Assembly (NCBI GenBank): GCA_965207885.1
Contig: OZ242311.1
Location: 4,480,001-4,544,000, forward strand
Length of the DNA: 64,000 bases
DNA from: Candidatus Latescibacterota bacterium
GTDB lineage: Bacteria; Latescibacterota; UBA2968
Direction: 5' to 3'
In this document: in pieces, positions 1 through 11,444 of the stretch
Layout: each line of letters starts with the position of its first letter
Numbering within the stretch: position 1 is the first letter of the stretch
Translations under genes and position numbers: made by a program
The notes under the pieces: generated by a model
The model's input: the letters and a program-made list of their open reading frames with translations, nothing else
What the model was told of the DNA's origin: nothing
Database searches by the model: none

Positions 1-3000
1 TTTGCAGGTTGGTCAGATCAGAGAACACATTAGCGGGTAGCGCACTCAACTGGTTTCTGTCAAGATTCAGGGTTTGCAGACCGAACAGACCAGAGAAATC
101 ATTTTCCTGTAAGGTAGTGATACTTTCATTGGTAAAACCAAGAGTTCCTGAGATATTTTCCAGGTGTGAGTCTGTGACCAGAGCACAGTCGGTAATCCCG
201 GCTATCGCAGACAATATCTCGGTTTGAACAGCCGCTGTGCGGGTACATATCCCTGGCGCGATTTCGGTCATCCCTACTACAGTATCTGACCACCCACTTG
301 TCCCTTCGTCATTCTCTGCTCTGACCTGTACATCGTAGCTTGTATCTTGACTTAGGCTGCTAATCGTATATTCAAGAGCACCATCACCACTCTCCCACGC
401 ATCCTCTGCCACCGTCCAGTTGGCATCATCAGTCTCATCCTCACTTGTCAGAATATGACGCACATCATAAGCACTGATCGCTGGTCCTGTATTCGCCGGT
501 GCTTCCCATTCCACCATCAGACTATTAAAGGTCGAGGATGCCACTGTCGGGGCATCAGGCACGCCGGGAGCCTCACCATCCACATCAGTCAGGGTCACTG
601 TGAGCGTATCCCTCGCTGTCAAAGCTCGACCACCCGTGCCGCTTGTCGCAGACACGAACACGATATATTCATTATTGCCCGCTGCATTGGCTGGGTCGGT
701 AACCGCCACATCAGCAGGTGCCTCATAGTTGGGGGCTACCTTGAACGTCAACACACCCGTAGATGCTCCAATGGAGAACTGTGCGCCATCTGCACCAGAC
801 TCAATGCCATAACGCTCGATATCATCCCCCATATCATCATCCGTCGCACTCACAGTCACAAGCGCTGATGTGGTATTCTCATTCACAGTGATCGGTGAGA
901 TAGATGTGATCACGGGGGCCACGTTGGTAGTAATTTTGATATCGTCTAATCGGAAAATCGTATCTCCAAAGTCCTCCGTTGTGGTGAATATGATTCCGTC
1001 TACATCTTCCCAGGTGGCATTGCTCCGCCCTAATCTGCTCAGGGGAATGCTAACCTGGTGCCACTGACTGTCCCATGAAGTTATGCCTATATTCTCTTCA
1101 TTGACGCGGTATCCCCTGTTCGAATCCATGTCGAAGCGGACTCTGAACTCGGTTCCTGGGGTATCGCCCCATACCCAGAATTCAAAGACATAGTCGCCAA
1201 CCAGGAAGGACAAGTCGAAGTTCGGGGTAAAATCGAACCTCACAATATCGCTCTTTTTGGCTCCTGACCAGTAAATGCTTTTGTTCCCCACGACCGCCTC
1301 TGTATCATCGTCGAACGTGAGCCATCCCCTGCTATAAAGTTTGCCGGAAATACCCTCTCCGAGGCTATTGAGGCCATCGGTATATATCTCAAAGCCAGCC
1401 TGCTTAGACACGGTCACCCATTCAAGCTGAGGGGGGACGTTCAGCCCGAGTGCCCCGACTATAGAGATATCGAGATTGTAGTCGAAGTGATCATCACCCT
1501 CATTTTCAAATATTTTGAAACCTCCTACGCCGTATTCCCAGAGCGTCCAGGCAATATTGTTGTCTTCCATATAAGTTCGCGCTTCTCGAATCCAGGCTGC
1601 GCGGTCATCTGGGGGGGCATATGGCCCATAGACGCCAAACTCGCCGCACCACACAGGCACGTTGCGATCCTCAGCAAAATCGACAGCGTTCTTGAGCCCA
1701 TTCTGCAATTTCTCTAACGTCCCCTTCGTGTGATAATCTTCAAGGATTTCGGGCACGGGGTCCGGCATGCGGCTGGCATCATACGGCCAGGGCACGCCCC
1801 TGAGATCCTTAAATCTGTCTATCCAGCCAGCCCCCTGGTGCGTAAACTCTCCAGGATTGTAGATATGAAATGTGTAGATAAGGTTATCGTCTGTATATTC
1901 CGGCAGCGTTCTGAGGGCGCCCGAATGGAATTTGCCACCTGTGACCACGATGGTGTGTGTGTTATCATGGGCGCGAATGGTGTCGATAACTGCCTGCTGA
2001 ATCGGATTCCAAATACTGGGTTGGATGTTTGGCTCGTTGAAGACTTCGTACAACACCAGCTTAGAGCGATTTTTATAGCGCTCGGCGATCTGAGGCCAGA
2101 CCTGGACGAGATATTCCCTGGTATCACTCCGGTTATTTTGGTCTGTTTCTTCCGCGGCTAGTTTATGGTTGGTGTGATTGTCGAGGATAATGTAGAGGCC
2201 GAGTTCCTCTGCCCAATCGACTATCTGGTCGAGATAGGTGAAAAAGAGAGGGTCTATGATGTGTGAGGGTCCCCCACTGGTCAGAGGAACAAAGGGCAGT
2301 CGCACAACGTCGCATCCAAGGGTCTTAACGTTCACAAACGTCTGCCGATCATAGGTTATGAAAGGATGCGTCCTGGGACGCTGCATAAACACAGTGAGAT
2401 TTACGCCGCGACTAAAAGGAGGGAGTCGCCGCTTCGGAGTGGCGGTCGCCTGGTTGGAGACGAGGCTGTTGCCCACGACATTCACAGCGCGGACCTCGAA
2501 GGTATATTCCGTGTCGAAGGTCAGATCCCCTACGGTGTAGGTCGTGGCCGTGCCCCCAGTGGTCGTCCAGTTCGGATCCCACGTTGTACCATCATCGTCG
2601 CTGGCGCGGTATTCGTAGCGCGTGATGGGTGAGCCTCCCTCGTCCGCAGGCGCGATCCAGGACAGTGTTACCAAAAAGCCAGAAGTGGCAATCAGGTCTG
2701 TGGGTGCGCCCGGGACGGTGACCAGTGTTGTCCCACTTACTGAGTCTGACCAATCACTTATGCCTTCATCACTTTCTGCTCGCACCTGCACTTCATAGCT
2801 TGTATTTGGACTTAAACTACCAATCGTGTAGGAAAGATCACCACCATCTGTCTCCCACGCATCCTCAACCACTATCCAGTTGGCATCATCTGTCTCATCC
2901 TCACTGGCCAGAATGTAGCGCACATCGTAAGCTGTGATTTCAGGGCCTGTGTTCTCTGGCGCATTCCATTCCACGGTCAGACTATTAAAGGTCGAAGATG

Positions 3001-6000
3001 CTACCGTCGGCACATCAGGTACACCGGGCACTTCTGTGTCTACATCAGTCACTGTCACCGTAATCGTCTGCGTCGCTGTCAGAACACGCGCATCTGCACC
3101 ACTCGTTGCTTCGACAATCACGATGTATTCATTATCACCCGCTCCACTGACAGGGGCTGTGCTGGCCACATCGGTAGGGGCCTCATAATTGGGTGCCACC
3201 TTGAACGTCAACACACCTGTTTGGTCATCAATCTCAAACTGTGATCCATCGGCACCTTCAACAATGCTATAACCCTCTACGTCATCATCGCTATCTGCAT
3301 CAGTCGCACTGACTGTGACAAGGGCACCTGTGCTATTCTCTGCCACGCTGATCGGCGAGATAGTAGCAATCACTGGGGTCACATTCGCACTTGTTGTCCC
3401 ACTCACTGAAGAAGACCAGTCACTCGTGCCTTCGTCACTTTCTGCTCTAACCTGTATATCATAGCTCGTATTCTGGCTCAAGCCGCCTATCAGATATTCG
3501 AGATTGCCATCACCACTCTTCCAGGCCTCTTCCTTCACGGCCCAGTTGGTATCATCTGTCTCATCCTCACTTGTCAGAATATGACGTACATCATAAGCAC
3601 TGATCGCTGGTCCCATGTTCGTAGGCGCTTCCCATTCCACGGTCAGACTATTAAAGGTCGAGGATGCCACTGTCGGGGCATCAGGCACACCAGGGGCCTC
3701 ATCCACATCACTCACTGTCACGGTCAGTGTATCTCTTACCATCAACTCACGCGCATCTGTCCCACTCTTCACCTCCACCACCACGATGTATTCATTATTC
3801 TCTCCTGCATTGTTGTTCGCCGAATTGGATATATCCTCAAACGCTACATCGGTAGGTGCCTCATAGTTGGGAGCCACCTTGAAACTCAACACACCCGTCT
3901 GATCATTGAGATCAAACTGTGCTCCATCACCAACTTCAACGATACCATACTCTATGATGCTATCATTCTCATCTGCATCTGTTGCACTGACTGTGACAAC
4001 ATCACCTGTGCTGTCCTCACTGAATGTAACCGCAGAGACACTCGTGAAGACAGGGGCGACATTAGCTTCGGTTGTCCCTGCTACAGTATCTGACCACCCA
4101 CTTGTTCCTTCATCATTCTTTGCACGCACCTGCACATCATAGCTTGTGTTCTGCACCAAACTGCCAATCGTGTATTCAAGATAGCCGCCATTAACACTCG
4201 TCCATACATCTTCGGTCACTACCCAGTTAGCATCTGCCTTATCCGTTGCACTACTGAGGATGTGGCGCACATCATACGCACTAATCTCAGGACCCGTGTT
4301 CGTCGGCGCTGTCCAACTCACCGTCAAGTTGTTAAACGTTGAAGCAGAGACTGTCGGTGTATCAGGCACTCCAGGAGCTTCGTTCACATCCTCTACAGTC
4401 ACCGTAAGCGTATCCCCTGCTGTCAACGCACGATCACCTGTCCCACTCGTCGCCTCAACAATCACAATGTATTCATTATTCTCTGCTGCATTGGCTGGAT
4501 CGGTAACAGCCACATCTACAGGATCTTCATAGTTCGGCGCTGTATTAAATGTCAATACACCACTCTGATCATCAATCTCAAACTGTGACCCATCTGCATC
4601 ATCAACAATGCCATAACTCTCAATGTCATCATCGGCATCCCTATCTGTTGCACTCACGGTAGCTATATCTGCTGTGCTGTTCTCATTCACACTGAACGCT
4701 GAGGCACTCGTGATGACGGGTGCCTCATTGGCCTGTGTCATCCCCACTACAGCATCAGACCAGTCACCAGTGCCCTCATCACTTTCTGCCCTAACCTGCA
4801 CATCATAGCTTGTATTCTGAGACAGTAAACTGATCGTATACTCAAGACTACCACCATCACTACTCTTCCAAGCATCTTCCTTCACGGTCCAGTTGGCATC
4901 ATCTGTCTCATCCTCACTTGTCAGAATATGACGCACATCATAAGCACTGATCGCTGGTCCCGTGTTCGTAGGCGCTTCCCATTCCACGGTCAGACTGTTA
5001 AAGGTCGAGGATGCCACTGTCGGGGCATCAGGCACACCAGGTGCTTCGTTCACATCACTCACTGTCACGGTCAGTGTATCTCTTACCATTAACTCACGAT
5101 CACCTGTCCCGCTCTTCACTTCCACCACCACGATATACTCATTGTTGCTTGCTGCATTGGATGGATCAGCTACCGCTACATCCTTAGGATCCTCATAGTT
5201 TGGATCCGCTTTGAACGTCAGTACACCACTTTGTTCAGTAAGCGCAAACTGCTCTCCATCTGCTGCATCAACAATCTCATACCCTGTAATACTATCATCG
5301 TCATCGGCATCACTCGCAGTGACTGTGACCAGTGCCCCCGTGCTGTTCTCTGCCACACTGATTGGAGAGATAGTGGCGATGACTGGCGCCACATTCGCTC
5401 TTGTTGTCCCACTCACCGAAGAAGACCAGTCACTGGTGCCTTCATCACTTTCTGCTCGCACTTGAATATCATAGCTTGTGTTCTGCTCCAGACTGCCAAT
5501 CGTATATTCAAGGTCATCACCATTATTACTCGTCCACACTTCCTCAACCACTGTCCAGTTGTCATCTGCCTTATCTGATGCATTGGTCAGAATGTAGCGG
5601 ATATCATACGCGCTTATATCAGGACCTGTGTTATCAGGCGCACTCCATTGCACCTTTAAGCTATTCACTGTTGCCTCTGCCACTGTTGGTGCATCAGGTG
5701 CTCCAGGGGCTTCGTTCACATCCTCCACAGTCACCGTAAGCGTATCTCTACCTGTCAACTCACGACCACCTGTCCCACTCTTCACCTCCACCACCACGAT
5801 GTATTCATTATTCTCTCCTGCATTGTTGTTCGTCGAATTGGATACATCCTTAAACGCTACATCGGCAGGTGCCTCATAGTTGGGAGCCACCTTGAAACTC
5901 AACACACCTGCAGCTTGAACAATCTCGAACTGTGATCCATCTGCACCTTCAACAATGTGATACCCTGTGATGTTGTCATCTGCACTGGCATCTGTCGCTG

Positions 6001-7480
6001 TGACTGTGACAATGTCCGCTGTGCTGTTCTCACTAAATGTAACCTCAGATAAACTCGTGAATACAGGAGGCGTATTATGGCCGGTAGTAGCTCGAATCGC
6101 TGGAGACCAATTACTTTTTCCGCCCTCAAAGACGGTTCTAACTTGAAACTCATAAGTCGTCGATCTCCCCAGGCCGACGACTGTATAAGACATATCAGAT
6201 CTGGTAAAATTGACGGGTATAATGGTATTATAGTCCTCATCAACCTTTCTATATTGGATCTCATAGCCAATAATAACATAATCATTCGCAGGTGGTGCTC
6301 TCCAGGTGATCTCAACAAAAACAGTCCCAATTGGTTTCACTCTTGCGAAGATAGGTTTATCCGGCGTGAGTGGATGTATAATATTTATAGTAACTTCAGC
6401 AGTAGCAACACCACCATTACTGTCATCTACAACGATGGTGAACGTGTAAACCTCTTTATTGAACACCGCACCTGCTTTCGTCTTAATATGACCGAACCAA
6501 TTAACCGTAAAATTGGAAGCATCATCACCCATTAAAGAATAATTCAACTTGTCATCATTGGGATCATAGGCTCTTACAGGCGGATCAATTTCCAGTATGA
6601 TAGACGGGTCTAAAGTAGATGGGTCTAAAGTAAAAGAGAGAACAACAGAATTTTTGGGAAACACCGGTGGCATATCCATATCTGTCACCGGCTCAACAGA
6701 GATATGAAAATAGGACATATAATACTGTTCGCCATCAACCACATCTATTTCTATCTTGAAAACGCCCACCTTCTCCGGGATTCCGACGACCGTCATCATG
6801 GTCTTACCCGTCGTAGAATCATAGTGAAAGTCATCCATACGTATGCCGCGTGGGAAATTTGCAATGCCCATCTGATCATAATGTGGCGTGCCACCAGATA
6901 CAGTAACAAGGACATCTGGCATGGCAGTACCAAATGCAAGTTTTAGAGTATCGGAGAGTGTTAAAATTCTACCAGACTCTTTTATGGCTATTTCTATGTG
7001 AACAGAAGACTCACCGTCAACTGCACCAGTTTGTTGATTTTTTACTAACTCTTGCCCTGATACGATATTTTTATCTCCCAAAACCTTCACAGGATGCGCT
7101 GAGATAGCGGTCGGCGTATGATTCACCACTTTGCCATAGTTTTTCGCAAAAATTAAAAAATCGGCAAAATCAACTGTCTCATTGCCATTGATGTCGTATT
7201 TTGCATTGTATTTTTCATCTTCATCCTGTGTCCCAAAGTGGTTGACAAACGCCCGAAAGTCATGTGAATCGACAATCCCATTTCTATCAAAATCTAAAGA
7301 AGATACGATCGCAGTTTGCAATTCTACATTTAGTATTTCACTGGCAACCTGTCCATTCCTGCCAGGTTCAGCACGCACCAACCGAATCAAAAAAAGAGGC
7401 CATGAGAAAATCAACAGAGTGATGAGTATGAGTGCAAAGATCAAGGCAGGTACTGAACACCTGTTAAGCAGCTTTGACAT
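1..7480 (-). CDS. Giant secreted/surface protein, 3'-partial (>2490 aa): N-terminal hydrophobic segment, dockerin/EF-hand-like pair, cadherin-like and FN3 domains, five cadherin+FN3 units, FN3, GH5 glycoside hydrolase, CBM-like domain, a sixth cadherin+FN3 unit, leucine-rich repeats
   Basis: ATG at 7480 with AGGAGGT RBS (7486-7492). Frame checked by hand at the ATG, at the GH5 NEP codons (2038) and at the window edge. Absent from the ORF track, consistent with no in-frame stop before the edge. Motifs: DFDRNGIVDSHDF...YDINGNETVDFADF; APNYEAP and VTVTATD (cadherin); WxAP..Y..Y and TSYDIQVRA (FN3); YEVFNEP and WCGEFG (GH5); LQTLNLDRNQLSALPANVF (LRR). Confidence 0.9.
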   Translation of the reverse strand, partial: MSKLLNRCSVPALIFALILITLLIFSWPLFLIRLVRAEPGRNGQVASEILNVELQTAIVSSLDFDRNGIVDSHDFRAFVNHFGTQDEDEKYNAKYDINGNETVDFADFLIFAKNYGKVVNHTPTAISAHPVKVLGDKNIVSGQELVKNQQTGAVDGESSVHIEIAIKESGRILTLSDTLKLAFGTAMPDVLVTVSGGTPHYDQMGIANFPRGIRMDDFHYDSTTGKTMMTVVGIPEKVGVFKIEIDVVDGEQYYMSYFHISVEPVTDMDMPPVFPKNSVVLSFTLDPSTLDPSIILEIDPPVRAYDPNDDKLNYSLMGDDASNFTVNWFGHIKTKAGAVFNKEVYTFTIVVDDSNGGVATAEVTINIIHPLTPDKPIFARVKPIGTVFVEITWRAPPANDYVIIGYEIQYRKVDEDYNTIIPVNFTRSDMSYTVVGLGRSTTYEFQVRTVFEGGKSNWSPAIRATTGHNTPPVFTSLSEVTFSENSTADIVTVTATDASADDNITGYHIVEGADGSQFEIVQAAGVLSFKVAPNYEAPADVAFKDVSNSTNNNAGENNEYIVVVEVKSGTGGRELTGRDTLTVTVEDVNEAPGAPDAPTVAEATVNSLKVQWSAPDNTGPDISAYDIRYILTNASDKADDNWTVVEEVWTSNNGDDLEYTIGSLEQNTSYDIQVRAESDEGTSDWSSSVSGTTRANVAPVIATISPISVAENSTGALVTVTASDADDDDSITGYEIVDAADGEQFALTEQSGVLTFKADPNYEDPKDVAVADPSNAASNNEYIVVVEVKSGTGDRELMVRDTLTVTVSDVNEAPGVPDAPTVASSTFNSLTVEWEAPTNTGPAISAYDVRHILTSEDETDDANWTVKEDAWKSSDGGSLEYTISLLSQNTSYDVQVRAESDEGTGDWSDAVVGMTQANEAPVITSASAFSVNENSTADIATVSATDRDADDDIESYGIVDDADGSQFEIDDQSGVLTFNTAPNYEDPVDVAVTDPANAAENNEYIVIVEATSGTGDRALTAGDTLTVTVEDVNEAPGVPDTPTVSASTFNNLTVSWTAPTNTGPEISAYDVRHILSSATDKADANWVVTEDVWTSVNGGYLEYTIGSLVQNTSYDVQVRAKNDEGTSGWSDTVAGTTEANVAPVFTSVSAVTFSEDSTGDVVTVSATDADENDSIIEYGIVEVGDGAQFDLNDQTGVLSFKVAPNYEAPTDVAFEDISNSANNNAGENNEYIVVVEVKSGTDARELMVRDTLTVTVSDVDEAPGVPDAPTVASSTFNSLTVEWEAPTNMGPAISAYDVRHILTSEDETDDTNWAVKEEAWKSGDGNLEYLIGGLSQNTSYDIQVRAESDEGTSDWSSSVSGTTSANVTPVIATISPISVAENSTGALVTVSATDADSDDDVEGYSIVEGADGSQFEIDDQTGVLTFKVAPNYEAPTDVASTAPVSGAGDNEYIVIVEATSGADARVLTATQTITVTVTDVDTEVPGVPDVPTVASSTFNSLTVEWNAPENTGPEITAYDVRYILASEDETDDANWIVVEDAWETDGGDLSYTIGSLSPNTSYEVQVRAESDEGISDWSDSVSGTTLVTVPGAPTDLIATSGFLVTLSWIAPADEGGSPITRYEYRASDDDGTTWDPNWTTTGGTATTYTVGDLTFDTEYTFEVRAVNVVGNSLVSNQATATPKRRLPPFSRGVNLTVFMQRPRTHPFITYDRQTFVNVKTLGCDVVRLPFVPLTSGGPSHIIDPLFFTYLDQIVDWAEELGLYIILDNHTNHKLAAEETDQNNRSDTREYLVQVWPQIAERYKNRSKLVLYEVFNEPNIQPSIWNPIQQAVIDTIRAHDNTHTIVVTGGKFHSGALRTLPEYTDDNLIYTFHIYNPGEFTHQGAGWIDRFKDLRGVPWPYDASRMPDPVPEILEDYHTKGTLEKLQNGLKNAVDFAEDRNVPVWCGEFGVYGPYAPPDDRAAWIREARTYMEDNNIAWTLWEYGVGGFKIFENEGDDHFDYNLDISIVGALGLNVPPQLEWVTVSKQAGFEIYTDGLNSLGEGISGKLYSRGWLTFDDDTEAVVGNKSIYWSGAKKSDIVRFDFTPNFDLSFLVGDYVFEFWVWGDTPGTEFRVRFDMDSNRGYRVNEENIGITSWDSQWHQVSIPLSRLGRSNATWEDVDGIIFTTTEDFGDTIFRLDDIKITTNVAPVITSISPITVNENTTSALVTVSATDDDMGDDIERYGIESGADGAQFSIGASTGVLTFKVAPNYEAPADVAVTDPANAAGNNEYIVFVSATSGTGGRALTARDTLTVTLTDVDGEAPGVPDAPTVASSTFNSLMVEWEAPANTGPAISAYDVRHILTSEDETDDANWTVAEDAWESGDGALEYTISSLSQDTSYDVQVRAENDEGTSGWSDTVVGMTEIAPGICTRTAAVQTEILSAIAGITDCALVTDSHLENISGTLGFTNESITTLQENDFSGLFGLQTLNLDRNQLSALPANVFSDLTNLQ
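270..6070 (-). repeat. Intragenic ~670-bp cadherin+FN3 repeat units (approx. 270-930, 2730-3390, 3390-4070, 4070-4730, 4730-5400, 5400-6070)
   Basis: Near-identical DNA blocks, e.g. tgtctcatcctcacttgtcagaatatgacg.acatcataagcactgatcgctggtcc near 430, 3556 and 4902; block ~3760-3897 is nearly identical to ~5772-5908. Confidence 0.85.
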
Positions 7481-7521
7481 ATTACACCTCCTAAAGACAG
7501 ACACCATCCTATCTGTAGTGA

Positions 7522-7538
7522 TGCAATATGTGTGCCAA
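7522..7538 (-). promoter_or_regulatory. Sigma54 (-24/-12) promoter of the giant surface-protein gene
   Basis: Minus strand reads TTGGCACACATATTGCA, matching TGGCAC-N5-TTGCW, about 40 bp upstream of the ATG. Confidence 0.85.
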
Positions 7539-7722
7539 CATGACTTTCTCTAAATCATTTTACACATAAAGTATTATTTTTATTTGAGATAAAAATTTAA
7601 AAACAAAAAAGAGCCAGACCGATTTTTATGCCATTAGACGATATATAGTCCAATGATATAATCAGACTGACTCGTAATTTTAGGTAATTTTACTTATTAT
7701 CAAAGCTTTAAGACAAATGGAT

Positions 7723-7748
7723 TAAATATAGTCCCTGGACTATATTTA
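7723..7748. promoter_or_regulatory. Palindrome, candidate upstream activator sequence
   Basis: TAAATATAGTCC-CT-GGACTATATTTA, about 200 bp upstream of the sigma54 promoter. Confidence 0.5.
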
Positions 7749-7835
7749 GTCTTTATTATAGACATTTTTTACCTGTTTAGACCGATTTCATGTCTTTTAA
7801 GACGGCATAGCGTCAAAAAATAATCAAACTAATCC

Positions 7836-10800
7836 TTACAAACCAGGACGTTCAATACCCAACTTTTTCATTTTGCTGTACAGAGTAGAAGGCGGTAATC
7901 CCAGCAGAATCGCCGCACCCTTTGCTCCTTTTACCCGCCAGTTGGTGTCTTGAAGCACTTCAATGAGATATCGGCGTTCAAATTCCTCCAAAGGCACGAC
8001 TTTGGGATCTTGAGAAACTGGCGACGCATTATCTTCATTGTCAGGAGCTATATGAGAACCATATAGTCCGAGATCTCGCACTTCAGTTTGAGAACCGCGG
8101 CACACGATAACCGCTCGTTGTATGATATGCTCCAGTTCCCGCACATTTCCCGGCCAATAGTAGGTTTGCAACCCCTCTATAACATCTGGCGTCAAGGCAC
8201 CGACTTGCTTTCCCAGATGTGTAGCTATGCGAGTCTTGAAAAATTCGGCCAGACGCGGTATATCCTCCTTGCGCTCGCGCAGGGGGGGGAGAATAATTGG
8301 AAAAACCTGGAAACGATAATACAGATCCTCGCGAAAAGTACCTGCACTGACCATCTCCTGCAGGTCGCGATTGGTCGCTGCCACAATCCGCGCCTGCACC
8401 CTCAGTATCTCGCTACCCCCAACGCGCTCAAAAGTACGCTCTTCCAGCAAACGCAACATCCTGGCCTGCGTTTTCGGAGCCATATCACCAATCTCATCCA
8501 AAAAGAGTGTGCCGCCCTTAGCCAGTTCCACCTTGCCCAGCTTGCGAGACACTGCGCTGGTAAACGCCCCCTTCTCATGACCAAAAAGTTCACTATCGAT
8601 CAGCGTTTCAGGCAGTGCACCGCAGTTGACCTGGATAAAAGGACCATCGCAATGGGGACTCAGCGCGTGTAACACCCGCGCAGCCAATCCCTTACCCACA
8701 CCTGTCTCACCCAGAATCAGCACAGTTATATCAGTGGATGCCACCTCCATGAGTCTGATTTGAAACTGGCGCATAGCTTTGCTCTGCCCGATAAACTCTT
8801 TGCCAACACCATCTGTGTTGTTGAGCACGGAGGTCAGCGCGCTGATGCGCGGATCCATCTCTACTGCAAGTTGCACCTGCGCCATCTCTGAGTAATTGAG
8901 GTCGCGATCTACAGCCCTGACCTGAAAGGTGTAGTCTCCCGGTGGCAGGTCCCGGTAATAGACCCGCATCTCTCGGATCGCTGGCTGCCAGTCGTGGTCA
9001 TAGCCCTTCAAACGATAGACATAGAGCATGTCGCGGGGATGAGTGGAAAAACTCAGGCCTTTATACTCGAAAATCACACTCTGCTCTGTCGTAGATAGGA
9101 CTCTTTCCTCTAAGTTCTCATAGACCTTATCCGCGACGACCTGGAGCAGGCGAACAGTGGGAGGCGTCTGTCGTGGGCGGTAGCGTATTATGGCCTCCCC
9201 AGCAGTGCCAAACCAGAAAGCTCCGTTGCGGTCTTCGAGTATTTGGAAAATTGATCCTATATGCGGTGACTTGATGGTCTGAAAAATCTGACCATCGTAG
9301 TGAGCTACACCCCCGTCCATGCCGAGCCAGAGATCTCCTCGCGAATCCTCAAATAAGCAATGGATGCGGTTGCACGGCAAGCCATCTTCGGTGGTAAAGT
9401 TGCGAAAAACAACACCATCAAAGCAACTGAGACCTCTTTGAGTGGCGATCCACAAATTGCCGTGTCGGTCTTCTAATAAGTCGGTAATCCGGTTATCTAA
9501 CAACCCATCTGCAACAGTATAAAAAGAAATACCGTCTTCTATGTGCCACCGCCCGATACCCTTGCCACTGCCGAAGGGATTGTAGGTGCTCACACTAAAC
9601 CAGAATTCACGGTTGCGCCTGGCGACCAGAGCACTAATGTAGTTGAATTGCTCTTCTTTCTTCTCAAAAACGGTTTGGCACTGCCCATCCCGGTAGTAAA
9701 CGATCTGCAGTGGTCTGGCAAACATCTCTTCTGTTTTTTTTCTAAGACCATTTTCCCACTGTCCAAAAATAAGTTGTCCATCCCGGCTCTCGGCGATTGC
9801 GCTGACACCCACTTCACCAGTACCTACGGCAATGTCCATTTTTTGAAAGGCCTGCCCATCGTAGCGAAACAGACCGTTATCCCCTCCAAACCACAGGTGT
9901 CCATCGCGGTCCTCGTAGATGGCGGAACAACTATTGAGATCAAGACCTTGTTCTGCTCCAACAAATTCAAAGTGCTCGCCATCGAAGCGCGCCAGGCTTT
10001 TGGTTGCGGGGCACAGAAAAGGCTCGGAAAATCCGATCCATATATCTCCCTGTCGATCCTGCAACATCCGTGATATTCTACTATCATCTTCGGGAAAATT
10101 CGTACCAAAATCGAAAATACTGATACTATACGCATCGTATAGTCCTAAACCGCCGCCCCATGTGGCGAACCAGAACTGATACTCGCGATCCTGAAATACG
10201 GCGTTGACAACGGGATGGGGCAGGCCATCGACAAGGGTAAACCTGCCGAATCCATCACCATTCCAGTAGAGGACCCCTGTCGAGGTACAGAACCACATCC
10301 GACCTTCGCGGTCACACTGAATTTTGCGTAACTCACCACCCAAATTCACCTCAACAGACTGAAAGGCACCATCGGCATAGCACCACAGTCCATCTCTGCG
10401 CTGCGATCGACCAATCCACACCTTGCCAGTATGATCCTTGCCCACAGTATAGCTACTCTGGTCTGGTGGAAAACCCTCTTTCTCGTCGTATCGATAAAAG
10501 GATTCTCCATCGAAGCGGATGAGGTAGTCAAAGCCAAACCACAGGTGGCCTTCCATATCCTGGGTGATGCCCCAACACTGATTGGTCCACTCAGGAGAAG
10601 GCGGCTGCTCATAGTGCTGTAGATAGAGCGGAATCAGGTCGTGGAAAGCTGTGCCCTCGTAATACCCCAGAGTACTGATACCACCAAACCATATACGGCC
10701 CTTATTATCTTCGTAGATGAATAACACGGATCGGTCTGCGATCCCATCGTCCTCCAAATGATGGAAATTTATCCCATCGTACCAGCAGACCCCATTCATT

Positions 10801-11045
10801 GTACCGAACCATAGCCGCTTCTGACTATCCAAATGGATGGCAAAAACTCGATCGCTACACAAACCTTCCTGCTCGGTAAACGTCTCGAACTTGTCCCCAT
10901 CAAAGCGGCTAACACCACTATCCCAGGTAGCAATCCAGAGGCAACCCTCGCTGTCTTCTGCGATATGTTCGGTGCGCACCCCAGCCAGACCATTGGCAAG
11001 GGAATAAGTCCGCCAGGTGCCCTTTCTGTCGAGTGACTCGATCAT
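7836..11045 (-). CDS. Sigma54-dependent enhancer-binding protein with N-terminal two-component-regulator beta-propeller repeats, Y_Y_Y domain, AAA+ domain and Fis-type HTH (copy 1)
   Basis: Repeated EDxxGxLWxxT propeller motifs; [23 protein letters not shown]; GETGVGK; [13 protein letters not shown]; FLDEIG; WPGNVREL; C-terminal HTH. Confidence 0.9.
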   Translation of the reverse strand: MIESLDRKGTWRTYSLANGLAGVRTEHIAEDSEGCLWIATWDSGVSRFDGDKFETFTEQEGLCSDRVFAIHLDSQKRLWFGTMNGVCWYDGINFHHLEDDGIADRSVLFIYEDNKGRIWFGGISTLGYYEGTAFHDLIPLYLQHYEQPPSPEWTNQCWGITQDMEGHLWFGFDYLIRFDGESFYRYDEKEGFPPDQSSYTVGKDHTGKVWIGRSQRRDGLWCYADGAFQSVEVNLGGELRKIQCDREGRMWFCTSTGVLYWNGDGFGRFTLVDGLPHPVVNAVFQDREYQFWFATWGGGLGLYDAYSISIFDFGTNFPEDDSRISRMLQDRQGDIWIGFSEPFLCPATKSLARFDGEHFEFVGAEQGLDLNSCSAIYEDRDGHLWFGGDNGLFRYDGQAFQKMDIAVGTGEVGVSAIAESRDGQLIFGQWENGLRKKTEEMFARPLQIVYYRDGQCQTVFEKKEEQFNYISALVARRNREFWFSVSTYNPFGSGKGIGRWHIEDGISFYTVADGLLDNRITDLLEDRHGNLWIATQRGLSCFDGVVFRNFTTEDGLPCNRIHCLFEDSRGDLWLGMDGGVAHYDGQIFQTIKSPHIGSIFQILEDRNGAFWFGTAGEAIIRYRPRQTPPTVRLLQVVADKVYENLEERVLSTTEQSVIFEYKGLSFSTHPRDMLYVYRLKGYDHDWQPAIREMRVYYRDLPPGDYTFQVRAVDRDLNYSEMAQVQLAVEMDPRISALTSVLNNTDGVGKEFIGQSKAMRQFQIRLMEVASTDITVLILGETGVGKGLAARVLHALSPHCDGPFIQVNCGALPETLIDSELFGHEKGAFTSAVSRKLGKVELAKGGTLFLDEIGDMAPKTQARMLRLLEERTFERVGGSEILRVQARIVAATNRDLQEMVSAGTFREDLYYRFQVFPIILPPLRERKEDIPRLAEFFKTRIATHLGKQVGALTPDVIEGLQTYYWPGNVRELEHIIQRAVIVCRGSQTEVRDLGLYGSHIAPDNEDNASPVSQDPKVVPLEEFERRYLIEVLQDTNWRVKGAKGAAILLGLPPSTLYSKMKKLGIERPGL

Positions 11046-11221
11046 GGCTAAGAAACCTCATGATATAGGTGAAAGAAAACTCTACCCCGCCCCAAAATAT
11101 CATGCAACATCCCAACCAAAATATTTATCCCAGGCGAGTGAATCATTAACCCTATTACTTTGACGCTTTACCTCTCCAATGGTTCGGATTCCTAAAGACA
11201 ATATCAGTTCTGTTTGAAAGG

Positions 11222-11238
11222 TGCAATATGCGTGCCAA
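11222..11238 (-). promoter_or_regulatory. Sigma54 (-24/-12) promoter upstream of activator copy 1
   Basis: Minus strand reads TTGGCACGCATATTGCA; flanks are homologous to 7490-7620. Confidence 0.8.
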
Positions 11239-11330
11239 CGTGAATATCTCGAGGCAATTGTAATCATAACAGATTATTTTTACTCAAGATATGATTTTTT
11301 TAAAAAATAAAAAACCAGACTGTACTTCAT

Positions 11331-11362
11331 CTAATAATGGACAATAGACCGTCCATTATTAG
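11331..11362. promoter_or_regulatory. Palindrome, candidate upstream activator sequence (a terminator hairpin is the alternative)
   Basis: CTAATAATGGAC-N8-GTCCATTATTAG, about 100 bp upstream of the sigma54 site. Confidence 0.55.
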
Positions 11363-11444
11363 TCAATCTGGCTTCTTTGATTCTGCTATATGTAGAGTTT
11401 TACAATAAAGGTCTCTATATCGCATTAAAAATGATATATCGCAT

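Noticed and set aside
270-6070. Repeats as a CRISPR array or a diversity-generating retroelement
   Set aside because: Repeats are long, in-frame and coding; no unique spacers, cas genes, reverse transcriptase or adenine-specific variation are seen.
9-7553. Numerous plus-strand ORFs (and two short minus-strand ORFs) in the track
   Set aside because: Shadows of the single long minus-strand gene; their repetitiveness mirrors its repeats.
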